Shown here one piece after another: positions 1-8,088 of a stretch of 64,000 bases of DNA; position 1 is the stretch's first letter; each line of letters starts with the position of its first letter. Below the pieces are notes generated by a model. It was not told the origin of the DNA and ran no database searches. It saw only the letters and a program-made list of their open reading frames with translations. The stretch covers positions 5,416 to 69,415 of the forward strand of contig CAYVGO010000005.1 of NCBI GenBank assembly GCA_964450725.1, read 5' to 3'. The position numbers and the translations under genes are program-made. The DNA comes from an uncultured Muribaculaceae bacterium. Lineage in GTDB: Bacteria; Bacteroidota; Bacteroidia; Bacteroidales; UBA932.

Positions 1-3000
1 TCCCATAAATCACTGTACCGTTTGCTGAGGTAGCCCAACCTTGGAATGTCCAGCCTGTAAGAGTATAAGTATTGGGTTTTAAATTATTCGTTGCATCATA
101 AGTAAAAGTTGAATTAGTTATTGATGTTCCACCCACTGGGGTTGATGCTGCGATCGGTTTATTACTATTATAAACTACCGTAAAAGTATTGGCGGTCCAT
201 TTGGCATAAAGCGTAATAAACGTGTTAGCACCATTAAATGTTGTTGCAGGTAAAATTTGAGAACCACCACCATTAATGGCTGAATACCAACCGTTGAAAG
301 TGTAACCGGTGCGTGTGGGAGTGGGTAATGTTCCTCCGTTGCCGGAACCATAAGTGGCATCATAATTTACATTCATGGTCGTTGGTGTTACTGTACCACC
401 GGTAGCATTTAAAGAAATAACATTACTAATGGGGATAAATTGAGCAAATAAATTACCTACAGCGCCTGTATTATCCCAGTTTCTGGCACTGGTTAAATCG
501 GCATTATAATATTTTACACCGCCTGATGCTGCACTGAAATATCCGGAAAATGTATAGCCCGTTTTTGTAGGAAGAGAGGTAATCACAGGCATCGGAGAGC
601 CATTCACAGCCCGTACAGCACCCTGGATTACTGTACCGCCATTAGTAGTTGCATTAAACGCAACATCACAATAACTCCGTAAAATTCCATTGGTTGTAGT
701 CGTCGGATGTTTCCCGATAGCCCAGTTGGCCGGAGTTATACCACTCGGAATTTTTAATGCAAAAAGTCCGTTGGCATAACTACTCCCGGCAGGATAAACT
801 ACCATCGCTCTATCGACAGCATAGTTGAAATTACTCGGAGCACCGGTGTAATTGGTTCCTGAAGGTTGTAGATTTACTCCGGCGGTCAATACTCCACGTT
901 GTTCATTTCCAACCGGTGCTGTAGTATAAACTATTTTTGTATTACTTCCTGAAAGCCAAATGTCATTATTACTTGCTACTGAAGCATTAGGTGCAAAAGT
1001 AATATTCAATGTCAAAGACCCAAAAGTATAAATACCTTGACCATAGCCCGAAGTCGATCTATTGGCAGAAATATCGGTAAAATCAGTTCCGGCAACGACT
1101 CCCGAACCTGTACCTAAAGTTACGGTTGCTCCGGAATTGATAACAATACCGCCACCCAACTGGTTCGTACCTTCTGTAGAATTATTACTAATACTTCCTC
1201 CGTTGAGATTCAATGTGCCGCCGTTGACATACATTCCTCCACCACAACCTTGCCAATTTCCGGCTACGCCGTTACCATTGGCTTTATTTCCAGAAATAAT
1301 GATTCCCCCCGATAAAGTAACTGTAGCACTTTGTTGATAAATACCGCCGCCATACGAAGCAGAGTTAAAAGACAATAATCCTCCCGAAAGTGAAACATTG
1401 GCAGCAATATACATTCCACCACCTGAAACCGCTCGATTACTGGTAATGGATAATGTTCCGTCATTGGTAAACGTAACACCGGTACTCAAATAAATTCCAC
1501 CCCCAAAACTACTTGCACCCAAGAGTGTTATGGCTGTATTTGAATTCATGGCAATAGTACCGCCGTTAATATAAAGACCGCCACCCTTAATGGCGTTGTT
1601 TGCACTGCCGGAACCTTGAAAAGAACTGCTTGTAATGGTGGCTGTACCCGCCGCCATATATAACTGTCCTCCATTACGATTGGCTATATTATTTATCAAA
1701 GTAACGTTATTCATGGTTAATGTACCATTAGCAAAATAAACTCCGCCACCATCTTGATTGGCTGCAATAGTATTATTACTACTAATCGTCCCGTTGGTAA
1801 TAGTGACAGTACCTTGTACAATATAAATTCCACCCCCTGCATTGGCTTTGTTGTTGGTAATATTACAGTCTTTAATCGTGATTGTACCTGTTGAGTTACA
1901 ATGAATACCACCACCGTTCGTACCACTTCCATTGGTAATAGTAAGTTTATCAAGCAAAACTGTTCCGGCAGAAATACTAAGAACTGTACCGCTGTTGTTT
2001 GACGATAATGTTGTAGTGCCAACACGAGCATTGCTACTTTTCCATCCGGTTACAGCACTGGTAAATCCCCCGAAAATCTTCACATTTTTGTTTATCGTGA
2101 AGTTACCTTGATAAACACCGGTATAATTATAACGGTTACCATCAAAATCGTAATTATCAACTCCCCGCAAATAAATAGTATCATTGGCAACAGCATTATT
2201 TATCGCGGTCTGAAACGCTTTACCATTAAACACAGCATCTTCCGAAACATCGCCATAAGCCGCTTTGATAGTGCCATTACGCACAACCACTGTGGGGAAA
2301 ATAGAATTAGAACTATTAGTGGAAGTATTTTGTCCTAAATAATTGACATAACCATTATTGGTCGTCAAAATTGCCGGTGGAGGAGTAGGATATCCTCCAA
2401 ATTCAACAAAATAACCCTTGATATCCCATGAATTATTGATTGGATGTAAGTCATTCCAGTAGCGAATGGAAGTTCCTGTAGTAGCAAAGTTCATTTGCAT
2501 TGCCCATTCGAGATCCGGCGTTCCCCCATAATTCATCCTATTATTAGGTTCACACTGTTCCGGGTAGGTTGTTCCCGGGGTATAAAACCACCGGTTAAAA
2601 GCCCCGTTAAAAGCCCCATTAACATAGTTACTCACAGTTGCAGCACTAACAACACCGGCTTCTTTGGCTGATTTGTATTTAAAATATTGTTGTCCTGCTT
2701 CAGGACCACATACCCAAGACCAATAACTATTAATGGTTGACCCCGTAGCCGGAGCAGTACCGGTAGAGGGCATTGTATTAGCATCCAGAGTACTGAATTG
2801 TTCACGAGAACCTCCTGACCATCCACCGTCATTAGAAATATTTTTTAATAAATCATCTTCTGCTAAACTGGTGATTGTTCCTAAATATCCTCTCCTTCCT
2901 CCAAAGTAAAAAGATTTAGCATTATTATAGGCATTATAAAAGTTAATCCCATTGTTCGGCACCCAAATGTAGTAGTGCACTGTACCGTCGGGATGATTGA

Positions 3001-3436
3001 ATCCCGTAATAGTGGTGGCCGCTGCGGGTATGTTCGTCGGATTTGAATCCACAGAAATCGTCACTTTTCCACCTCCTCCGGCTGCTGCCGTAAAAACAAT
3101 AGACCTAATAAACGCTACGGCTTGAGTGGCTGTTAAAGAGGTTGACAAAACATAGGTTGTTGTCTGAATAGAACTTGAGGCTGCCACACTCTGTAACTTT
3201 CGGTAACTATAAGTCCCGGTAGGCGGGTCGGTAGTGATCGTATTGTTATTCGCTTGGATAATAACATTCTGAATATTACTGGTTGCAGTAATGGATACTT
3301 GGCCAAATTTCCATTGGGTTGCCGAGGTATATATAGGATCGGTTACCTCAATAAGTGCGGTCTGTCCAAAGATACGAAAAGAAAAAAGTAAAAGATTACA
3401 TATTAGCAGTAGTTTTGGTAAAAAAGATGCTTTCAT
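1..3436 (-). CDS. Large secreted cell-surface protein, N-terminal 1145 aa only (runs off left edge): signal peptide, C-type-lectin-like domain, about 11 GGGxY parallel beta-helix (PMP-like) coils, at least 3 Listeria-Bacteroides (Flg_new) repeats
   Basis: Absent from ORF track (no in-window stop). Hand translation of the minus strand from ATG 3436 (MKASFLPKLLLICNLLLFSFRIFGQ...) stays open to base 1. Motifs seen: CEPNN...YWND; GGGIY/GGGMY/GGGVY every 27-30 aa; GYTFSGYF, GYTFNGWY, WTFQGWA. Confidence 0.8.
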   Translation of the reverse strand, partial: MKASFLPKLLLICNLLLFSFRIFGQTALIEVTDPIYTSATQWKFGQVSITATSNIQNVIIQANNNTITTDPPTGTYSYRKLQSVAASSSIQTTTYVLSTSLTATQAVAFIRSIVFTAAAGGGGKVTISVDSNPTNIPAAATTITGFNHPDGTVHYYIWVPNNGINFYNAYNNAKSFYFGGRRGYLGTITSLAEDDLLKNISNDGGWSGGSREQFSTLDANTMPSTGTAPATGSTINSYWSWVCGPEAGQQYFKYKSAKEAGVVSAATVSNYVNGAFNGAFNRWFYTPGTTYPEQCEPNNRMNYGGTPDLEWAMQMNFATTGTSIRYWNDLHPINNSWDIKGYFVEFGGYPTPPPAILTTNNGYVNYLGQNTSTNSSNSIFPTVVVRNGTIKAAYGDVSEDAVFNGKAFQTAINNAVANDTIYLRGVDNYDFDGNRYNYTGVYQGNFTINKNVKIFGGFTSAVTGWKSSNARVGTTTLSSNNSGTVLSISAGTVLLDKLTITNGSGTNGGGIHCNSTGTITIKDCNITNNKANAGGGIYIVQGTVTITNGTISSNNTIAANQDGGGVYFANGTLTMNNVTLINNIANRNGGQLYMAAGTATITSSSFQGSGSANNAIKGGGLYINGGTIAMNSNTAITLLGASSFGGGIYLSTGVTFTNDGTLSITSNRAVSGGGMYIAANVSLSGGLLSFNSASYGGGIYQQSATVTLSGGIIISGNKANGNGVAGNWQGCGGGMYVNGGTLNLNGGSISNNSTEGTNQLGGGIVINSGATVTLGTGSGVVAGTDFTDISANRSTSGYGQGIYTFGSLTLNITFAPNASVASNNDIWLSGSNTKIVYTTAPVGNEQRGVLTAGVNLQPSGTNYTGAPSNFNYAVDRAMVVYPAGSSYANGLFALKIPSGITPANWAIGKHPTTTTNGILRSYCDVAFNATTNGGTVIQGAVRAVNGSPMPVITSLPTKTGYTFSGYFSAASGGVKYYNADLTSARNWDNTGAVGNLFAQFIPISNVISLNATGGTVTPTTMNVNYDATYGSGNGGTLPTPTRTGYTFNGWYSAINGGGSQILPATTFNGANTFITLYAKWTANTFTVVYNSNKPIAASTPVGGTSITNSTFTYDATNNLKPNTYTLTGWTFQGWATSANGTVIYG

Positions 3437-3865
3437 GATTGAATATGTTATTTGTTACTAATAAATAACGTATTACTCTATCTATTTATTGTAAATATAG
3501 ATGTTAAATCTTTTAACAATATGCTATATATTCTATTTTAGAGTCCATTTATTGATAAGTAATTTAAGTTTTATGTTATGTAAAATGTATTCAAGAAAAT
3601 GAAATTTTTAAAAAACGTATGAGAGAAAATGGGTAATTGATTGATGTATCCTCTCTCAGAAAATCAACAAGCAAAATTTAACAATTATAGAGATTAATTT
3701 ATCTTTTTGATGAAGATGATTGGCCTTTTGCCATTGTTAAAAACGACCTTAAGGAGAGAAGGAAATTTGGATATTGTAAGGGAATAAAATGATGATTAAC
3801 TTATCAAGTGGTGAATGAAATGTTAATAACAATATCAAAAGCACGTTATACATGAGCATGTTTTG

Positions 3866-3953
3866 AGTGAGAAGTCATCTCACGGATCGGTGAGATGACC
3901 TCTCACCACTCGGTGAGACAATCTCTCACCACCCGGTGAGATGACCTCTCACC
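3866..3953. repeat. Four tandem dyads (G)GTGAGA-N5-TCTCAC(C) in exact 23-bp register
   Basis: Dyads start at 3866/3867, 3889, 3912 and 3935. Copies 2 and 4 are identical (GGTGAGATGACCTCTCACC), copy 3 differs only in the loop, copy 1 has a 6-bp stem. Confidence 0.9.
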
Positions 3954-4040
3954 AAACAGAACCATCCCCTACCCTCTTCCTTCTTTCATTTATTCTACAT
4001 TTTACATTTTCCCACCCTTGTGCATATTCGTAAGAAATAC

Positions 4041-4048
4041 TACATTTG
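4041..4048 (+). promoter_or_regulatory. Candidate Bacteroidota -7 box TAcaTTTG for the CoADR-rhodanese operon
   Basis: Matches TAnnTTTG, 30 nt upstream of ATG 4079. CTTG at 4017-4020 is a possible -33 element. Confidence 0.5.
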
Positions 4049-4078
4049 CAGCCTTATATAAATGTAACCCATAAGAAA

Positions 4079-5743
4079 ATGAAATACATTATTGTCGGAG
4101 GGGTAGCAGGAGGGGCTACGGCAGCTGCAAGAATAAGACGGATAGACGAATTTGCACAAGTGATACTCTTTGAAAAAGGCAAGCACATATCGTATGCCAA
4201 CTGCGGCTTACCCTATTATATCGGCGGTACAATTCAAGAAAGGCAAAAACTATTCTTACAAACGCCCGCATCATTCCATAAAAGATTTAATATTGACGTG
4301 CGGGTTGAGCATGAAGTAACGGCCATAGATTCCTCTACAAAAAGTGTAACTGTAAGACGACCTGACGGTACAACGTTTTCCCAACAATATGACAAACTGT
4401 TGCTCTCTCCGGGAGCACAGCCCGTAAAGCCACCCTTACAGGGTATTGATGGCGAAGGAATTTTTACGCTACGCAATGTTGAAGATACTGATAATATCAA
4501 AAACTTTATAGAGGCACGTCAGGTCAGGCACGCCGTGATTGTAGGAGGCGGATTTATAGGACTTGAAATGGCAGAGAACCTTCATACGGCAGGCATAAAA
4601 ACGGCCATTGTAGAAATGGGAAACCAGGTAATGTCGCCCTTAGACTTTTCGACAGCAGCCTTTGTTCACCGCCATTTATCTGAAAAGGGAGTAACACTTT
4701 TCTTAGAGCAAAGTGTAGAAAGATTTGAACAGCAGCATCAGGGCATAAAGGTTGTTTTTAAGAGTGGAGAGATGCTAACGACCGACATGGTCATTCTGTC
4801 TATCGGCGTAAGACCTGAAACTGCATTAGCCAAAAGTGCGGGCATCAAAACAGGAGAAACAGGAGGAATTTGGGTTACTCCCCATCTCGAAACATCGGTC
4901 AAAGATATTTATGCCGTTGGAGATGCGATAGAGTTTCCTCACCCAATCACCGGTAAAGCATGGTTAAACTATTTAGCAAATCCTGCCAACAGACAGGCGC
5001 GCATTGTTGCCGACAATATGGTCTTTGGAAATACTGCTGCCTATGAAGGAGCGATAGGCACTGCAATTGCCAAAGTCTTTGATATGACGGTTGCTACCAC
5101 AGGATTACCCGCCAAAAGATTGAAGGCCGCAGGAATGGATTATTTAACCGCTATCATACACTCGGCTTCTCATGCCGGATATTACCCCAATGCACTGCCG
5201 TTAACCATTAAACTTACATTTGCACCCGAGAGCGGTAAACTTTACGGCGCTCAGTGTATAGGGTACGAAGGGGTTGACAAACGTATTGACCAAATAGCCC
5301 TGTTGATTAAAAAAGGAGCGACAGTAGAAGACTTAACCGCCATTGAACATGCGTATGCCCCACCCTTTTCATCGGCAAAAGACCCTGTAGCCATTGCCGG
5401 ATATGTGGCTTGTAATGTCTTGAGCAAAGCCATGCCGGTCATTACCTGGCGAGACGTGGCGGCCAGTGTCGGTAAAGAAGATGTAATGCTCATTGATGTC
5501 AGAACAGCAGAAGAGCACCGGCTCGGACATATTGAAGGCGCTGTAAATATTCCGTTAGATGACTTAAGAACACAAATTGATACCATACCAAAGCATAAAA
5601 CCATTTATCTCTACTGTGCTGTCGGCTTACGGGGATATTTAGCCTTAAAAATCTTAACTGCGTACGGGTTTACGAATGTACAAAACCTTCTGGGAGGTTA
5701 TAAAACCTACCTTAGTGCCACCACAAAAACTAATAACAAATAA
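4079..5743 (+). CDS. CoA-disulfide reductase / NAD(P)H persulfide reductase with C-terminal rhodanese domain (CoADR-RHD)
   Basis: GGVAGGATAAARIRR FAD fold; SYANCGLPYY redox-Cys motif; second GGGFIGLE dinucleotide fold; C-terminal rhodanese loop YCAVGLRG. The track start 4046 is TTG and overlaps the -7 box, so ATG 4079 (MKYIIVGG) is preferred. Confidence 0.85.
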   Translation: MKYIIVGGVAGGATAAARIRRIDEFAQVILFEKGKHISYANCGLPYYIGGTIQERQKLFLQTPASFHKRFNIDVRVEHEVTAIDSSTKSVTVRRPDGTTFSQQYDKLLLSPGAQPVKPPLQGIDGEGIFTLRNVEDTDNIKNFIEARQVRHAVIVGGGFIGLEMAENLHTAGIKTAIVEMGNQVMSPLDFSTAAFVHRHLSEKGVTLFLEQSVERFEQQHQGIKVVFKSGEMLTTDMVILSIGVRPETALAKSAGIKTGETGGIWVTPHLETSVKDIYAVGDAIEFPHPITGKAWLNYLANPANRQARIVADNMVFGNTAAYEGAIGTAIAKVFDMTVATTGLPAKRLKAAGMDYLTAIIHSASHAGYYPNALPLTIKLTFAPESGKLYGAQCIGYEGVDKRIDQIALLIKKGATVEDLTAIEHAYAPPFSSAKDPVAIAGYVACNVLSKAMPVITWRDVAASVGKEDVMLIDVRTAEEHRLGHIEGAVNIPLDDLRTQIDTIPKHKTIYLYCAVGLRGYLALKILTAYGFTNVQNLLGGYKTYLSATTKTNNK

Positions 5744-6144
5744 TGAATACACTATCGTTTTTCCAATTACCAAAAAAGAAACAGGCTATCATGTTACTTG
5801 TTTTTCAACTATCTCTCATCTCATGCTTTGCTCAAGAAAAGTTTACATCACAGAATAATGCCGACTTTCAAAAAACCATTGCCGATACAGCAGTATTACT
5901 GATTGACGTTCGTACTCCTGAAGAATTTACAGAAGGTCATATTCCTGACGCTGTCAATATTAATGTCAATGACCAGAACTTTGACCGGAAAGTCAAAGAA
6001 CTGCCAAAAACTAAAGCCGTAGCAGTTTATTGCCGCAGTGGAAAAAGAAGTAAAGCGGCCGCAAGAAAACTTACGCAACAGGGATTTAAGGTCTATGAGC
6101 TGAACAGCGGACTGACGAACTGGAATGGAAAGATAGTAAAGTAA
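5743..6144 (+). CDS. Exported single-domain rhodanese (sulfurtransferase)
   Basis: Signal-like N-terminus (...LLVFQLSLISCFAQ); rhodanese active-site loop VYCRSGKRS; ATG overlaps the upstream stop (TAATG). Confidence 0.8.
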   Translation: MNTLSFFQLPKKKQAIMLLVFQLSLISCFAQEKFTSQNNADFQKTIADTAVLLIDVRTPEEFTEGHIPDAVNINVNDQNFDRKVKELPKTKAVAVYCRSGKRSKAAARKLTQQGFKVYELNSGLTNWNGKIVK

Positions 6145-6160
6145 TGCCAAAAAAGTTATC

Positions 6161-7006
6161 ATGATACAACACCATTCTATCAAACAATTGACAACCGCTC
6201 TTGAGAGCGAGCGAAACAAAGGAAAAAGCATTGGATTTGTTCCTACGATGGGGGCGCTGCACAAAGGACACCTCTCTCTGGTAGAGAAGTGTAATCAAAT
6301 GTGTGATATTTGTGTTGTCAGTATTTTTGTTAACCCTACACAATTTAATGACCCAAAGGATTTAGAGCGTTATCCGCGTACGGTGGAAAGTGATAAAGCA
6401 TTACTGCAAAGCGTAACCTGTGATTACTTGTTTGTCCCTGACGTATCCGAAATTTACAATGATAATACTCCTAAGTTACACTTCGACTTCGGACAGTTGG
6501 AAAAAGTGATGGAGGGACGTTTCAGACCCGGACATTTTACCGGCGTAGCACAAGTAGTTACACTTTTGTTTGATATTGTTAATCCGCATTACGCTTTCTT
6601 CGGAGAAAAGGATTTCCAGCAGTTGAGTATTATTCGGACAATGGTAGAGCAGCAGCAAAAGAATATTCAAATCATCCCATGTCCTATCATCCGCGAAGAA
6701 GACGGACTGGCTATGAGTTCAAGAAATATGCTACTTACTCCCCAAGAACGCAAAGCCGTTCCTACAATCTATAAAGCCTTATTATCAATGGCAGACAATT
6801 GTCGAAAAACACCGCTCAACATCCTCAAGCAAGTTGCCATAGAGCAGATTGAAACTACAGGTGTCATGTCTGTAGAATATCTCGAAATTGCAGACGAAGC
6901 AACCCTTAGAACTGTCGAGCAAGTACATCCTCAAAGTAACACAAGAGTATTTATTGCTGTAACTGTCGGCAAAATTCGATTGATTGACAATATTGCATTA
7001 CAGTGA
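6161..7006 (+). CDS. panC: Pantoate--beta-alanine ligase
   Basis: GFVPTMGALHKGHLSL (HIGH-type motif) and full-length PanC-like sequence, 281 aa. Confidence 0.9.
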   Translation: MIQHHSIKQLTTALESERNKGKSIGFVPTMGALHKGHLSLVEKCNQMCDICVVSIFVNPTQFNDPKDLERYPRTVESDKALLQSVTCDYLFVPDVSEIYNDNTPKLHFDFGQLEKVMEGRFRPGHFTGVAQVVTLLFDIVNPHYAFFGEKDFQQLSIIRTMVEQQQKNIQIIPCPIIREEDGLAMSSRNMLLTPQERKAVPTIYKALLSMADNCRKTPLNILKQVAIEQIETTGVMSVEYLEIADEATLRTVEQVHPQSNTRVFIAVTVGKIRLIDNIALQ

Positions 7007-7060
7007 AATGTAAAACGTTAATCGTTATTACACCATACCAAAGACTTTCGGGAACAAAAA

Positions 7061-8071
7061 CTACATTCTGGTTTTCGGAACAAAGTTAATGTCAGCAAAC
7101 TCTTTATTTTGGTACTTAATATAACCTGCCATAGCAATCATAGCCGCATTGTCTGTCGTATAACAAAATGGCGGTAAATGTAATTCCCAACCCTCTATTT
7201 TCGCCATCAGTTCAACGGCATTACGTAATCCGCTGTTGGCAGATACTCCTCCTCCTAAGGCTACAGAGGTTATACCGGTTTTATGACAGCAATCTTTCAA
7301 CTTTTCTAACAATATGGTAACGATAGTATGTTGAACACATGCACATAAATCCATTAAGTTTTCTTCTATAAATTGAGGATTTTGCAGCATTTGTGCTTGT
7401 AGGAAATAGAGAAAAGACGTTTTAAATCCGCTAAAACTGTAATTCCACTGATCGATTTTAGGTTTCGCAAAAGAGAACTTATGAGGATTTCCTTGTCGAG
7501 CATACTTATCAATGACAGGTCCTCCGGGATAAGGAAGTCCCATAATCTTTGCACATTTATCAAATGCCTCTCCTGCAGCATCATCAATTGTTTCACCCAA
7601 TATGGTAAAAGTTGAATAATCAGTAACTTTTACTATTTGTGTATGTCCACCGGAAACCAATAATGTCAGATAAGGAAATTGGGGAGGATGGTAAGGATTG
7701 GTATTGTCAGAAATAAAGTGTGATAAAATATGCCCTTGCAAATGATTGACAGTAATGATTGGAATATCAAGTCCTACAGCCAGTCCTTTTGCAAAGTTAA
7801 TACCCACCAGTAAAGAACCCATCAATCCCGGTCCGGCAGTAACGGCAATGGCATCAATATCCTGCAGTGTAATGTTAGCATCTTTTAATGCTTTGTGAAG
7901 TACCGGAATACAATTTTTTTGATGCTCTCGAGATGCTAATTCTGGAATTACACCGCCATATTGCTGATGTACGTTCTGGCTGGCAATAACATTAGAAAGT
8001 AAATGATTGTTATTCAATACTGCAATAGATGTATCATCACATGACGATTCAATACCTAAAATAATACTCAT
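7061..8071 (-). CDS. tsaD: tRNA N6-adenosine threonylcarbamoyltransferase
   Basis: MSIILGIESSCDDTS..., HLQGHI, full-length Kae1/TsaD-like, 336 aa. Confidence 0.9.
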   Translation of the reverse strand: MSIILGIESSCDDTSIAVLNNNHLLSNVIASQNVHQQYGGVIPELASREHQKNCIPVLHKALKDANITLQDIDAIAVTAGPGLMGSLLVGINFAKGLAVGLDIPIITVNHLQGHILSHFISDNTNPYHPPQFPYLTLLVSGGHTQIVKVTDYSTFTILGETIDDAAGEAFDKCAKIMGLPYPGGPVIDKYARQGNPHKFSFAKPKIDQWNYSFSGFKTSFLYFLQAQMLQNPQFIEENLMDLCACVQHTIVTILLEKLKDCCHKTGITSVALGGGVSANSGLRNAVELMAKIEGWELHLPPFCYTTDNAAMIAMAGYIKYQNKEFADINFVPKTRM

Positions 8072-8088
8072 GGCGGTGGTTCGGCTAA

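Noticed and set aside
3619-3658. TGAGAGA-N25-TCTCTCA hairpin resembling the GGTGAGA dyads
   Set aside because: The core sequence differs (GAGAGA versus GTGAGA), the loop is 25 nt, and it is not in register with the array. It is possibly related but not supportable.
3511-3743. 10-bp inverted repeat TTTTAACAAT / ATTGTTAAAA flanking ~210 bp upstream of the surface-protein gene, considered as a Bacteroides-type invertible promoter
   Set aside because: A 10-bp AT-only match is expected by chance in a 600-bp AT-rich spacer. I found no TAnnTTTG box between the arms and no recombinase gene nearby.
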